In this document: positions 39,889 to 50,556 of the stretch, piece by piece | Layout of the letters: the number at the start of each line of letters is the position of its first letter | Position numbering within the stretch: the first letter of the stretch is position 1 | Assembly (NCBI GenBank): GCA_964016885.1 | Contig: OZ024742.1 | Coordinates: 38,502,001 to 38,566,000 of the forward strand | Direction: 5' to 3' | From: Eledone cirrhosa | Lineage: Eukaryota | Length of the DNA: 64,000 nt | The notes under the pieces: model-generated | Databases searched by the model: none | What the model was told of the DNA's origin: nothing | What the model saw: only the letters and a program-made list of their open reading frames with translations | Translations under genes and position numbers: made by a program

Positions 39889-42800
39889 GTGTATATATTG
39901 AAGGGAGATACGGAAACTAAAACAGTGTTGTCATATAGACGAGTGAAGAGCGACAGAGAGAGTAAAGCAGTTAAATTATAGAGAGAGGGAATGATCTTAC
40001 ATACATACATACATATAAAGTTATATTTGTTAATTTTACTGATGTAGTATTAACTTGGATATTTACCATGCGACCCTCAGTTCCTACCTCACAATTTCCC
40101 TCCCCCCCCACCCCCACACACCACCATAGTCTATTCGACCAATCAAACCTAGCATGCCATTTCCACTGCTGCTGCTGCTACTACCTGCCTAACTAACTCT
40201 CTCCTCCTCTGGCGCATCCCAACACACCCTGCCATTACCCCACCACCACTGTCCTTCTAGCCCTCAATTTTCCCACCGTTATGGATGGATGAGCTGGGAA
40301 TACACGAGCAACTCTGAATCAATAGATGAAATATGAATCTGCGAGCTACCAAGCACCCACGTGAAGCGCCCAACCAGAGACCCTCCCCCTACGAGTGTCG
40401 ACAAATGCCCAAAACTCCGAGTTGGTACCATCAATGTAGGCTCAATGAAAGGAAGAGCAGGAGAAATCGTAGAAATGCTAGAGCGAAAGGAAGTTGATGT
40501 ATGTGCCTGTGTGCAAGAGACTAGATGGAGAGGAGGGTCTGCTAGAGTCCTTGTAGGAAAAAGCCAGTGCTACAAATTTTTCTGGGTGGGAAACGACGAT
40601 GGGATGGGTGGTTGTAGGTATACTATTAGCTGACAAGTGGGTAGATAAAGTAATCTCAGTGTACAGGGTAAATGCAAGAATCATTAAACTCAGACTAGTC
40701 CTGAATAAGACAATTACCACAATAATATCAGCTTACGCACCCCAATCGGGGCTGCCAGACGAACTTAAGGATAGGTTTTTACGAGTCCCTAATACACACT
40801 ACTGCTCTAACAGACGACAAGGACTTCCTAATCATTGCAGGAGATTTTAACGGACACGTAGGTAAACACTGCGACGGCTTCAATAGAGTACATGGAGGCC
40901 ATGGAGTTGGCACAAGGAATGAGGAAGGATTCAGACTTCTAGAATTCTGCGACGCCAATGACATGTCGATATGTAACACAAACTTTAAAAAACCCGACAA
41001 CCACCTGATCACCTATAGATCAGGGGAGCACTCTAGTCAGTTAGATTTTATCCTCATCAGAGGACGTGACAGATGGACGGTTGTAAACACAAAAGCCTTC
41101 CCTAGTGAGGAATGTACATCCCAAAGCATAGCTTAGTTGTCAGCGACCTCACGGTCAGAACTAGACGAGCCCTGAAACAGAGGCCAACCTGGAGAAGAAA
41201 GATCTGGAAGCTGAAAGTCCCCTCAACCAGTAACAGATTTAAAGATATTTTACTCAACGCCTACGACAGTAAAGAAGAACAGATAGAGACATTTAACGTA
41301 GAAGAGAACTGGGGAGTTCCTAAAAAAATAACTTACTAGAGGCGACGGATGAGGTTTGTGGCTGGAGTAAGACCTCAAGCAGGAGGAGAGTGACTTGGTG
41401 GTGGAACAATAAGGTAGATGAAGCAGTCAAGGCCAAGAGACAGGCATGGAAAGAATGGAAGAACGGGGGGAGCAGGGTACATTACATAGAGACCAAGAGG
41501 GAAGCTAGGCGACAAGTATACTTAGCTAGGAGGGAAGCAGAGGATAGAAAATTCAAGCATGTTTTACAACGTGAGGACCAGAAACAGGATGGTATTCAAG
41601 ATTGCGAGGCAGTGTGTCAGAGATAGTTGTGATGTCATTGGAGAGAAGTGTATCCGGAATGATAAAGGTGAGCTTGCCCTCACAAGTGCTGAGAAGAAAG
41701 ATGCATGGAAGAGTCATTATGATAGATTACTAAATGAGGAGAATGCATGGGAAGAAGAGACCCATACCCCACGTAGACCCTATAGAGGGACCAGCAGTAC
41801 AAGTCAGCGGCAGCGTAGTAAGTAAGGCAATCAGAGATATGAAGATAGGGGAAGGCAACCGGTCCATCGGGTATAGCTGCCGAGATGCTGAAGGCATCTG
41901 GGTCTGTAGGTCACACTATAACCACACGTATCGTTAACTCAGGTAATACTAGAGGGGGCCATACCAAAAGATTGGTGCAGGTAGCATCATTGTCAACTGC
42001 TACAAAGGGTAAAGGCGATGCACTAGATAGAGGAAACTATAGAGGTATAAAGTTGATGGACCAGGTCATGAAAGTAACAGAAAGAGTTATAGCACAGCTG
42101 ATTAGGGGACCGCGGGTGAATATAGACGAGATGCAATTTGGGTTTGTTCCAGGGAAAGGCACCACTGATGCGCTCTTCCTTGTGAGGCAATTACAGGAAA
42201 AGTACCTAGCTAAAAGTAAGCCACTCTACTTGGCATTTGTCGACCTTGAGAAAGCCTTCTTGACAGAGTTCCACGTGCAGTAATCTGGTGGGCTCTTAGA
42301 AAACTAGGAGTAGATGAATGGCTTGTGAAAGCGGTACAAGCCATGTATAGGGGAGCAGTCAGCAAAGTTAGGATTGGCAATGAGTATAGCGAGGAATTTA
42401 GCGTACAGGTTGGGGTCCACCAGGGCTCTGTTCTTAGCCCTCTCCTGTTCATCATAGTCCTGCAGGCAATAACGGAGGAGTTTAAGACCGGATGCCCATG
42501 GGAACTCCTGTATGCTGATGACCTCGCACTCATAGCTGAATCTATGGTAGAACTAGAGAATAAATTCCAAACCTGGAAGCAGGGACTAGAGAGAAAGGGC
42601 CTCAAAGTCAACATGACAAAGACTAAGGTCCTTATAAGTAGACGAGAAAACAGAACCCAGATCCCTCAGGGAAATGGCCTTGCTCAGTATGTAGGAAAGG
42701 TGTAGGTAGGAACTCCATTCTTTGCCCCCAAATGCAAACAATGGGTACACAAGAGATGTAGCGGGATCTCAGGAAGCTTAATTAAGAATGTAGGATTCAC

Positions 42801-45800
42801 ATGCAGCAGCTGTGCTGAAACAGCAAAGCAAACAGCCACAGGAAACAAGTACCACCAATCTCTGGGAGGGCCCTGTAGAAACAGTAGACAGCTTCTGCTA
42901 CCTAGGTGACCGAATTAGCAACGGAGGTGGGTGCTCAGAAAGGTACAATAACTAGGGTAAGAACGGGATGGAAGAAGAAGTTTAGGGAACTACTACCACT
43001 GCTAGCTGCAAAAGGCTTCTCCCTCAGAATGAAAGGCAGACTGTATGATGCGTGTATCCGAACAGCGATGTTGCATGGTAGTGAGACCTGGGCGCTGAAG
43101 GTGGAAGACCTTACGTAGATTAGAGAGAAACGAAGCCTGCATGCTCCGATGGATGTGTAACAGTAATATACGTGAACGACAAAGCATAAATGAATTGAGA
43201 GAGAGACTGAGCATAAAGAGGAATCAAATGCTGCGTGCAGGAGAGGCGGTTACGCTGGTATGGGACATGTGATGCGTATGAAGGATGACAGCTGCAATAA
43301 AAAGGTGCAGAGCACTAGAAGTTGATGGAAACCGCGGAAGTGGGGAGAGACCCAAGATGACTTGGGATGAGGTGATAAAAGCCGACCTTACCCAACTACA
43401 CCTCTCAAAGTCAATGACACACGACCGTGACTTCTGGCGTCACGCAGTAATACAGGGTACCCGACCTCCCATGGGTACATGCTGAAGCATATAAACAATA
43501 TGCCCCCCCCCCCCCCCCCCCCCACCGCAAGGTGGTCGTGGAGGTGCCACGGCAAAAAAGCACCCAGCCCACACTGTAAAGTGGACGTGTAGGCGCCACG
43601 AAAAAGCACCCAGCACTCACTGTAAATGAGGTTGGTGTTAGGAAGGGCATCCAGCTGTAGAAAATCAAGCCAGATCAGTTCCTGTATGAGCAAGGCATGG
43701 TCAGCCGACCAGACACTGCCCACAACAGGACAACCCGTCTAACCCATGCTAGCGTGGAAGAACGGACGTAAAACGGTGATGATGATGATGATGATGAAAG
43801 TATAGATGTGCGTGTGTGTTTGTGTATGTTTATGTGTTTGTGTATGTGTGTATGTGCATGTGTGTGTCCTGTGTGTTTTGTTTTGATGTTATATTATGTG
43901 TGTGTGTGTGTGTTATGCGAGCGACGACAGAAAAACAGAGGGAGGGGGAAAAAGAGAGAGATAGGCCGTTAGACAGAGAGAGATACAATTAAAACGGAAT
44001 GTAAAAGAGTGTTGTCATGAAGAGAGACAAAGAGTAAAGCAGTTAAATTATAGAGAGGGTGAAAGAGGGAGAGAGAGACGACGCTCAACTTTATAATATT
44101 TGGGAGTGAAGAGCGACAGAGAGAGTAAAGCAGTTAAATTATAGAGAGGGCGAATGATCTATTATAGAGAGAGGGAAAGAGCGACGGAGAGAGTAAAGCT
44201 AACAAACTATAGAGAGGTGTGTAGGATACATACATACCCTCTGTGTTCAGAGAACATGAGGTAGCCGGTGAGACGGACCGGCTGGGACTTATCCCAGTAG
44301 ACGTTCTTCCTCCTTCTCCCCCTGTTGACGTTAAGTCCCCCCTCCCACGCACTTGGGATGCGATCCAGTGCGGCCTGGTCTCAGACAGGCTCACGTGCCA
44401 GCTCGACCAGCACTGCCTTGCTTGTTTTCGTGCGGCCTCCAAACCCCACAGTGGTGCCTGGCTCCATGCCCTGCCCTCCTTCTCCACTGGCACGCAGCTA
44501 GACAACCATAGCCTGCAAATCAGCGTTTCCCTGAGGCTCGGCCTCCGGATCTGCCAGCCACACCAATGTCGCTGCGGTTCCACCGTGGACTCTTTTGGCC
44601 TCCACCCACTTTCCTGTCGCCACAGTGCCGGCTGCACTCCACGCCATGCTGCCGCTCAACAACGTCATTAAGCATGGCTTGGACGCTGCAGGCTTCCCTT
44701 CCCAGCTCGACGGGGGACAGCAAAAGGCCAGATGGCATGACCATCTTCCCGTTCCGCAGTGGCAAATCCCTCATCTGGGATTGCCACTTGCACCGACACT
44801 TTCTGCAGCCGCAACCTGGTGGAGTCTGCGACTGACGCAGGTTCTGCTGCACGTCGGGCTGAGGGGGCCAAACTCCTCAAATACCGGTCGCTCTCTGACA
44901 GGTTTGTGGTTGTACCCCTGGCAGTGGAGACTTCTGGTGTCCTCGGCCCCAGGGCTACCTCCTTACTCACCACCATAGGCGATGAGCTGGCCAGCTGTAG
45001 GTGTGAGCCCCACGAGTTGGAGTGGCTTTTCCAGCGCGTCTCCCTTGCCGTCCTCCGGGGAAACGCCTTCTCCATTCTGTCCGCCGGGGGCTGTGGGTGG
45101 GCCCATCGCGTACCAATACATTAGTTAAATACCATTCTTTCATCTGATATAACACCAACATAGATACATACCGATAAGCACAATAAACCATCTGTTTGTA
45201 TTTGTGTTTGGGTAAAATAAGAAATTTTGCCCTTCAAAATACACACAACACTCAGCTTTATAATATTATATAGATATAATGTGGAAAGTGATATAAGGCT
45301 AAACAATTCAAAATGTACGCGAAGATGAGGGTAACGAAAAAGTTTGTTACCTGGTAAATCTTTTTTTTTTTTTTTTTTTTTTTTGGCTGTTGTTTCTTTC
45401 ATCCTAATATTTCGGGATTTTAAATTCCCAATTCCCTCTTCAGAGTTTAAGGAACTCCAGAGAAAAATGTTCCAGTTTCTTCTCTTTAGAATTAAATTTT
45501 TAGATTTAGATTTTATAAACCACTTTCAAGTATTGTTTGATGGTTTGCTTTGTTATTCACGAGAAGTTGGAGGATGTAATATTTCATGGAATCAATTTTC
45601 TTGTATGAGATGTTGTTTAGGTTGCGTGTGGGTGTGTCCCTTATATATATATATTATATATATGTGTGTGTGTTGTGTATGTATCCGGGTTCAATCGAGG
45701 GGTAACCACAGTAAGTAAGGTACTCAATACATAGCAAAGTATAAATGTTTAATATAGAAATGGCTTCTACAGGACTAGAACTGTTTCCTTTGAATGAAAC

Positions 45801-47829
45801 AGTTCCTAGTCCTGTAGATGCCATTTATCATTTCATCATTTTCATTTTCATTTCATTTTACGTCCGCTTTTTCCCTGCTTGCAAGGGTGGGACGGGGAAC
45901 TGATTCTGGCTTGATTTCTACAGCTGGATGCCCTTCCTAACACCAACCTCATTTACAGTGAGTGCTGGGTGCTTTTTTGCTGTGGCGCCTACACGTCCAC
46001 TTTACAGTGTGGGCTGGGTGCTTTTTTTTGCCGTGGCACCTCCACGACCACTTTGCAGTGGAATGATAGGGACCCCAGTCACTCTCATCTCATTTCTACA
46101 GCTGAGTAAACTGGAGAGCAATGTGAAATAAAGTGTCTTGCTCAAGGACACAACACATCACCCGGTCTGAGAATTGAACTCACAACCTTTCGATTGTAAA
46201 GCTAATGTTCTAACCACCTAAGCCACGTGCCTCCATCATATACATATATATTGCATATTTTTATGATCATTAATTAGCTTCTCTATTTCATGTAATGTAA
46301 TTAACATGAATAATCACAGACATAATGTGGGTAAATCAATTCATTTTATTCACTATCCAATTGGTCTCAGAGGACCTGTGAAGGTCATGTGCACTGCCCC
46401 TTTTTCAAGACCTACCAAATAAAAAACAATTAACCTCCCAAGCATGTGTTGCATATAAAGGATGACAGCTGTCTAAAAATGTGCAGAGTGCTTAAAGTAA
46501 AAAAAAGCTATAGTGTGGGCAGCCCTAGAAGATTTGGGATGGGATGAGGTAGCAAAAGCTGAAAATAGTCAAACGCCCTCACAAGCATCATCTGATATGT
46601 CAGTAAGCCAGGTGATAGCAAGCCTATGGTGCTGGAATAACCAAGCTCCATCATGAACATCACCTCATATATTGGTAAGACCAGGTGATAACAAGGCTAA
46701 GAAGCTGAAATAACCAAGCTCTCTCACACATATCACCTGATATGTCAGCAAGGGCAAGCCACCACAATGACATGGATTTCTTTGTTAGTAGGCCAGATCC
46801 CCAGAACATTTCAAATATGACAGGCATTATACTTTAGTTACAATATCCTTTCTGTGACTAGACACAACTGCAACAACAAAATCTCAGATAACAAGTCTGC
46901 AAGGGGAGTTCTATTCAGTCATTCAAACAGTTAAAAATAGCAACCAAATTCCTTCTGCTGTCGAAAAAAAGAAGCTCATGTTGAACACATGCTATAGGAT
47001 TGTAGCATCCATGTGACAGATAAACCAAAAGTCCAGTGCATCATTATTTAATATCCATTTTCCCTCCTGGCTACTGATTTTTCAGACTGGCTGGAACCTC
47101 ATTTCACATATGTTCCCTCACTCTACTGGGGCCATTTTATCATGTTCCAAGCACTTGTAAAGTTGTCATATTTTAGACATAACTGAGGAGTCTTCTCAAC
47201 CCTTTGTTTTGCCATGGTTTCTACTGCTGGGAGACCCTTCATAACACCAACCCCTTTACAGCGTGTACTAGATGCATTTTATTGCAGCACCAGCAATAAG
47301 GAAGTCGTCATGTCTTTAACATAACTGAAAAGTCCTCTCCTCAGCTCTTTTGTTTTACAGCTGGACACCCTTGTTATACCAACTCCTTTACAGAGTGTAC
47401 TGGGTGCATTTTATCATAACACCAACACTAGTGAGGTTGTTGTGCCCTTGACACAACTGAAGAATCCTTGCAATCCTTTATTTGGTATTGTTTCTACAAT
47501 TGGAATACCCTTCTAAACTCCAACCACATTATAGGGTGTGTACCAGGTACATTTTATCATGGTACCAGCACTACAGAGATTGTCATGCCCTTCACACAAC
47601 TGAGGAATCCCCACAACCTTTTACAATCATTACCATAGAGATTATGATACAATTATTATTAAAGAGATTGTAGTACATTTATTATTTTTTCTTCTTGTGT
47701 GTTTCCAGGAAAGGCATGATTCAACCAGCTCGCATTGGGGAAGATGGTCAACCAACACCGATATCTCATATCCTGCAATTGACTGAAAATATCAATATTT
47801 CTCCAGAAGCTCCATCTGATTCTGACTGA
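19633..47829 (+). CDS. RIC8: RIC8/synembryn G-alpha GEF/chaperone gene, 14 coding exons, 5' exon not located
   Basis: All introns are GT-AG with compatible phases (1632 nt in total). The spliced translation has Ric-8 motifs [75 protein letters not shown] and [10 protein letters not shown]. Confidence 0.96.
20025..20340 (+). mobile_element. tRNA-derived SINE, family B
   Basis: B box gagttcgattc and core cttgaacaagacactttatttcacattgctccagttcactcagctg. Related copies at ~19015-19320, 37415-37520, 46100-46235(-), 48465-48600 and 60090-60395(-). Confidence 0.8.
20489..20715. mobile_element. piggyBac-like MITE
   Basis: TTAA-CCCTTTAG...CTAAAGGG-TTAA. Related TTAACCCT.../...AGGGTTAA units at ~27801-28220, 30099-30334, 51113-51315 and 51542-52395. 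Confidence 0.75.
20900..21390 (-). mobile_element. Degenerate RTE-like RT fragment
   Basis: [12 protein letters not shown]...[10 protein letters not shown]...LEKVDDFKY. Confidence 0.7.
21474..21818 (+). mobile_element. RTE 3'UTR fragment
   Basis: Near-identical to 25170-25477; (GAT)n tail. Confidence 0.88.
22129..22348 (+). CDS. RIC8: RIC8 exon ([12 protein letters not shown]...[11 protein letters not shown]...EEME)
   Basis: ttttaag| and |gtaatc; contains the RIxSRD motif. Confidence 0.92.
22495..25477 (+). mobile_element. Young RTE LINE, 5'-truncated, uninterrupted ORF 22496-25174 (partial APE, RT, PHD-like finger)
   Basis: [47 protein letters not shown]; (GAT)n tail; inserted in (TA)n in a RIC8 intron. 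Confidence 0.97.
25765..26212. repeat. ~21-bp minisatellite (gtataaactatatagtgt[a/g]gt)n
   Basis: About 20 variant units read directly. Confidence 0.93.
26388..26457 (+). CDS. RIC8: RIC8 exon ([22 protein letters not shown])
   Basis: ccttcag| and |gtaagt; KCLCN motif. Confidence 0.93.
27883..28063 (+). mobile_element. Full SINE A with 21-bp TSD, nested in a piggyBac-like MITE
   Basis: attataattttatgtaagaac occurs at 27862-27882 and at 28064-28084. Confidence 0.92.
28275..28350 (+). CDS. RIC8: RIC8 exon ([25 protein letters not shown])
   Basis: tttcag| and |gtaagt; phases fit both neighbours. Confidence 0.92.
28882..28920 (-). ncRNA. Degenerate minimal hammerhead (PLE terminal-repeat relic)
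   Basis: Minus strand: CTT-CTGATGA-A-GGAC-TAGT-GTCC-AAAA-CG-TA; GAAA has become AAAA, consistent with CpG decay. Confidence 0.55.
29165..29217 (+). CDS. RIC8: RIC8 exon ([17 protein letters not shown])
   Basis: tttcag| and |gtaaat; FDxRLLFLL motif. Confidence 0.93.
29861..30041 (+). CDS. RIC8: RIC8 exon (QKIHFELHG...[11 protein letters not shown]...LDE)
   Basis: acaacag| and |gtaaag; ExLKxLFN motif. Confidence 0.93.
30632..30726 (+). CDS. RIC8: RIC8 exon ([31 protein letters not shown])
   Basis: ttgctag| and |gtaagt; phases fit. Confidence 0.92.
31860..32110 (-). mobile_element. Degenerate RTE endonuclease fragment
   Basis: [17 protein letters not shown]...SNTKFQK...LITY...VDYLIV. Confidence 0.75.
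32509..32758 (+). CDS. RIC8: RIC8 exon ([10 protein letters not shown]...[18 protein letters not shown] plus 27-aa extension)
   Basis: ttctag| and aag|gtaatg; a possible in-frame internal donor follows 32677. Confidence 0.88.
33021..33098 (-). ncRNA. Degenerate hammerhead with an inverted partial copy
   Basis: Minus strand: CTGATGA-..GG.CTGGCAA...TTGTCAG.CC..-GAAA-CCTTTGG-TT-GCA; an inverted CTGATGA copy lies on + at 33115. Confidence 0.6.
33788..33886 (+). CDS. RIC8: RIC8 exon ([33 protein letters not shown])
   Basis: tttcag| and |gtaaca; 99 nt. Confidence 0.92.
34623..34687 (+). CDS. RIC8: RIC8 exon ([21 protein letters not shown])
   Basis: ctccag| and |gtttaa; VLPP/PE.G..LRN motif. Confidence 0.93.
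35125..35225. repeat. 21-bp minisatellite (tagacatcagtgagtcagtc[t/g])
   Basis: About 4.5 units. Confidence 0.9.
35763..35845 (+). CDS. RIC8: RIC8 exon ([27 protein letters not shown])
   Basis: ttacag| and |gtaagt; FLFxLCKE motif. Confidence 0.93.
36787..36937 (+). CDS. RIC8: RIC8 exon ([22 protein letters not shown]...[13 protein letters not shown])
   Basis: tttcag| and |gtagat; YTGYGN motif and an acidic CK2-type phosphosite segment. Confidence 0.94.
38936..39055 (+). CDS. RIC8: RIC8 exon ([39 protein letters not shown])
   Basis: ttttag| and |gtaagt; NPVTGR and [10 protein letters not shown] motifs. Confidence 0.95.
39502..39701. other. Assembly gap (200 N)
   Basis: Run of N. Confidence 1.
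40060..43797 (+). mobile_element. Near-full-length RTE LINE, same family as 22495-25477, with many small insertions
   Basis: APE N-terminus [17 protein letters not shown]; body nearly identical to the intact copy; (GAT)n tail. 5' boundary approximate. Confidence 0.93.
44263..45124 (+). mobile_element. 3' fragment of an RLE-type non-LTR retroposon (CRE-like)
   Basis: GC-rich. GAWLHALP...LRLGL, CRCG..H.LSC..G..RH knuckle, RPDG...[19 protein letters not shown]; frameshifted. Confidence 0.85.
45898..46060 (-). mobile_element. RTE 3'UTR fragment, antisense
   Basis: Reverse complement of 43525-43683. Confidence 0.85.
47709..47829 (+). CDS. RIC8: RIC8 last exon ([26 protein letters not shown]...SDSD*)
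   Basis: ttccag|; GxIQP..IG.DG motif; TGA at 47827; AATAAA at 47905. Confidence 0.93.
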
Positions 47830-50227
47830 ATGCCTCTCTTCTTTATTCTGAAGGGAATGGAAAGGAAAACAATTTTTTTTTAAGACAAAATTATGACAAC
47901 AACAAATAAAGAAAAGAAAAACATTTTACTTTCCACATTTTATTTTATATTTTTGTGAAATGGAAAGTTAAGAAAAATATTTATTCATTAGAAAGTTTAT
48001 GAAGCATGTGGGAGAAATAAGTTTTTTTTTTTTGCTATCTAGCAAAAAGCCATGACGCGTGAATTATCACTATAAAATTGTTGTGAATAAATTGTGGATG
48101 TAACCCCTTGAGGCGAAAAAAAATAATAATCACCAATTACCCACTTTTTCTGCCTCAAAAGGTTATACATCCAATTTATTGACAATTGTTTTATTGTGAA
48201 TAATTCATTTATTCATTATCATATGATGGAGAATATACTACAACTTTTATACAATGATGAGAAAACAAAGAAAAGCAAGAATACAAACTCAAAATGAAAC
48301 TACAAAAACTCACTTTAAAAAAAAATTTATTAAAAATCCCAGAAAGTAAACAAAGGACACGAGAACTTATCTGTTTTAGATGAAGGCAATTTTAAATTCT
48401 GTTGTAGATGGAGAACATTCTGATTTTTTTTTTTTTTGCCATTTTTCTTTTTGTTCTAAATTTCTGGTGGAGTGGCCATGGGGTTAGATTATTAGCCTCA
48501 TGATCATGAAGTCATGGGTTTGGTTCCTAAACCAGGCAGCACATTGTGTTCTTGAGCAAAATACTTTTATTTCACATTACTCCTTCTGCCAGCAGTTGTG
48601 ACCTGCAGATAGTATTAGCAATGTTCTATACTCCTGGGCATTAGTTTTTGAGTGCTTTATTTGTCATTATTATCAGTAGTAGTATCAGTAGTAATCATAG
48701 TGGTAGGGGTGAGCGCCTAGAGCAAGAATTTAGCTTTCAGTAATGCAAACCCCGAGACTGCCATGCAGTTTTAAAGTCATTCCATTTCATTTTATCTCTT
48801 TATGCCTTTAATACCATTGTGAAGAATATGATTGTCACATCTCATTTCTCTTTCTCCTAAAATATAGGACTTTTATGTCAAGCTTTTTCCCTCCCATCAA
48901 TAAATGTTATTATAAATTAATACAGGGGCTATAAACCCTGCCCTAAATAATAGTGAGGTAGTGAGGTACAGCGTAAAAAAATATTTTAACACTTCTAATG
49001 TATATCATCATCATCATCATCTTACGTCTACTTTTTCATGCTTGCATGGGTTGGACAGGTCCTTTTCAGCACAACCTGCCTCCACTCATAGCATTCCTTA
49101 ATAAATATGGATTATGAAATTGAATAATGGTCTTTATAATATAGCCATACTCTACTATCCCAAGTATTGAGTACTCTGTTGAGTAATGGTCTAACTAGTT
49201 TTAAACTGGTTCTATCCTGATTTATATATATATATATATATATACATATATATATTGTGTGTGTGAATATGTGCATGCAGCTTCTTTTTATTAGCTGCCT
49301 CCCACACCACACATAATAAAAATTAAAAAAACTCTGCTGATTCAATTGTCTGCATACCTTCCTTTTTCAAAAAATTGCTATGTACCAAAGTGAAAAACCT
49401 TTCATAGTCATTATGGTAGCAGAATGCCAATGTGTTTCTATTCATTTTGAAAATAATCAAAAATTAGGAGAGATTTAGTCACATAACTTTTTCATGTACA
49501 ACAGGTCCAAACACAGAGGAGCCAAACTCCCACTGTCATCGCCTCCGTCTCTCTCGCCCTCTCCATCTCTCATTATGATGAGCAAATGGGGGTCCTAATC
49601 TAATGTTTGAACCATTACTTAACAAAAGGTTCACATAATATTAAGATGGAAGGTTATAATATAAGTATGAATACTTTAAAATGGGAAGTTTTGTATCTTA
49701 GAAACAGAGGTAGTTTAGTATGAAAAGGACTAAAGGAATTTTGACAAGAACCTTACCTCTTAATGTTCTGTATCACATGAAACTGCATTAGAAAGACTTA
49801 AATGAAAATTATAAAACAGTACTATGATTGCATCACATTAATCAAAGTCTTTACTCTAATATGTACTGCAAATCTTCACAATGACATGCTCTCTAGTAAA
49901 TATGTTTTTAGATATTTTTATCTGAAACATTACAGAATGTTAAGAGTTTAAAAAAAGTCAGAACTGTAATCAGTTCAATACTTATAAGTTATTATAAACA
50001 AGGGGTATCTTTCCTGTGCCTTATTTTACTGCAGGATTATGTTTAGAATATTTCAGGGTAGCACACACATATATATATATATAATTGTTTCTACTTTTGG
50101 CACAAGGCCAGCAATTACCCAGTACATTACTGGTACTTTATTTTATCGACCCCGTAAGGATGAAAAGCAAAGTTAACCTCGGCGGGATTTGAACTCAGTT
50201 TGTAAAGGGACGTAACTGTGCTGCAAA

Positions 50228-50279
<52 letters not shown>

Positions 50280-50291
50280 ATATAATTAAAT

Positions 50292-50556
50292 ATGTAGGAA
50301 TCCCAAATGTAGAAAATAACTAACAATAGTCAATTGCTATAAATAATAGCTTAGAAAATCAGGTAAAATACCTCTAGAGACAAAAGAAAGTAGCCAGCAA
50401 CCACGAGGGCAGTATTCAGGAGATACACAGTTCAATTCTTTGTAGCAGCTGCTAGCCACTTTTTTCCATCTTGGGATATTTTATTCAATTTTCTAAGCTT
50501 TAATTTGTAGTGATCAACTATTGTTAGTTATTTTCTATATTTGGGATTCCCACATT
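50292..50556. mobile_element. Fold-back/MITE-like element between (TA)n tracts
   Basis: About 110-bp imperfect inverted arms (ggaatcccaaatgtagaaaataactaacaatag / ctattgttagttattttctatatttgggattcc). Confidence 0.75.
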
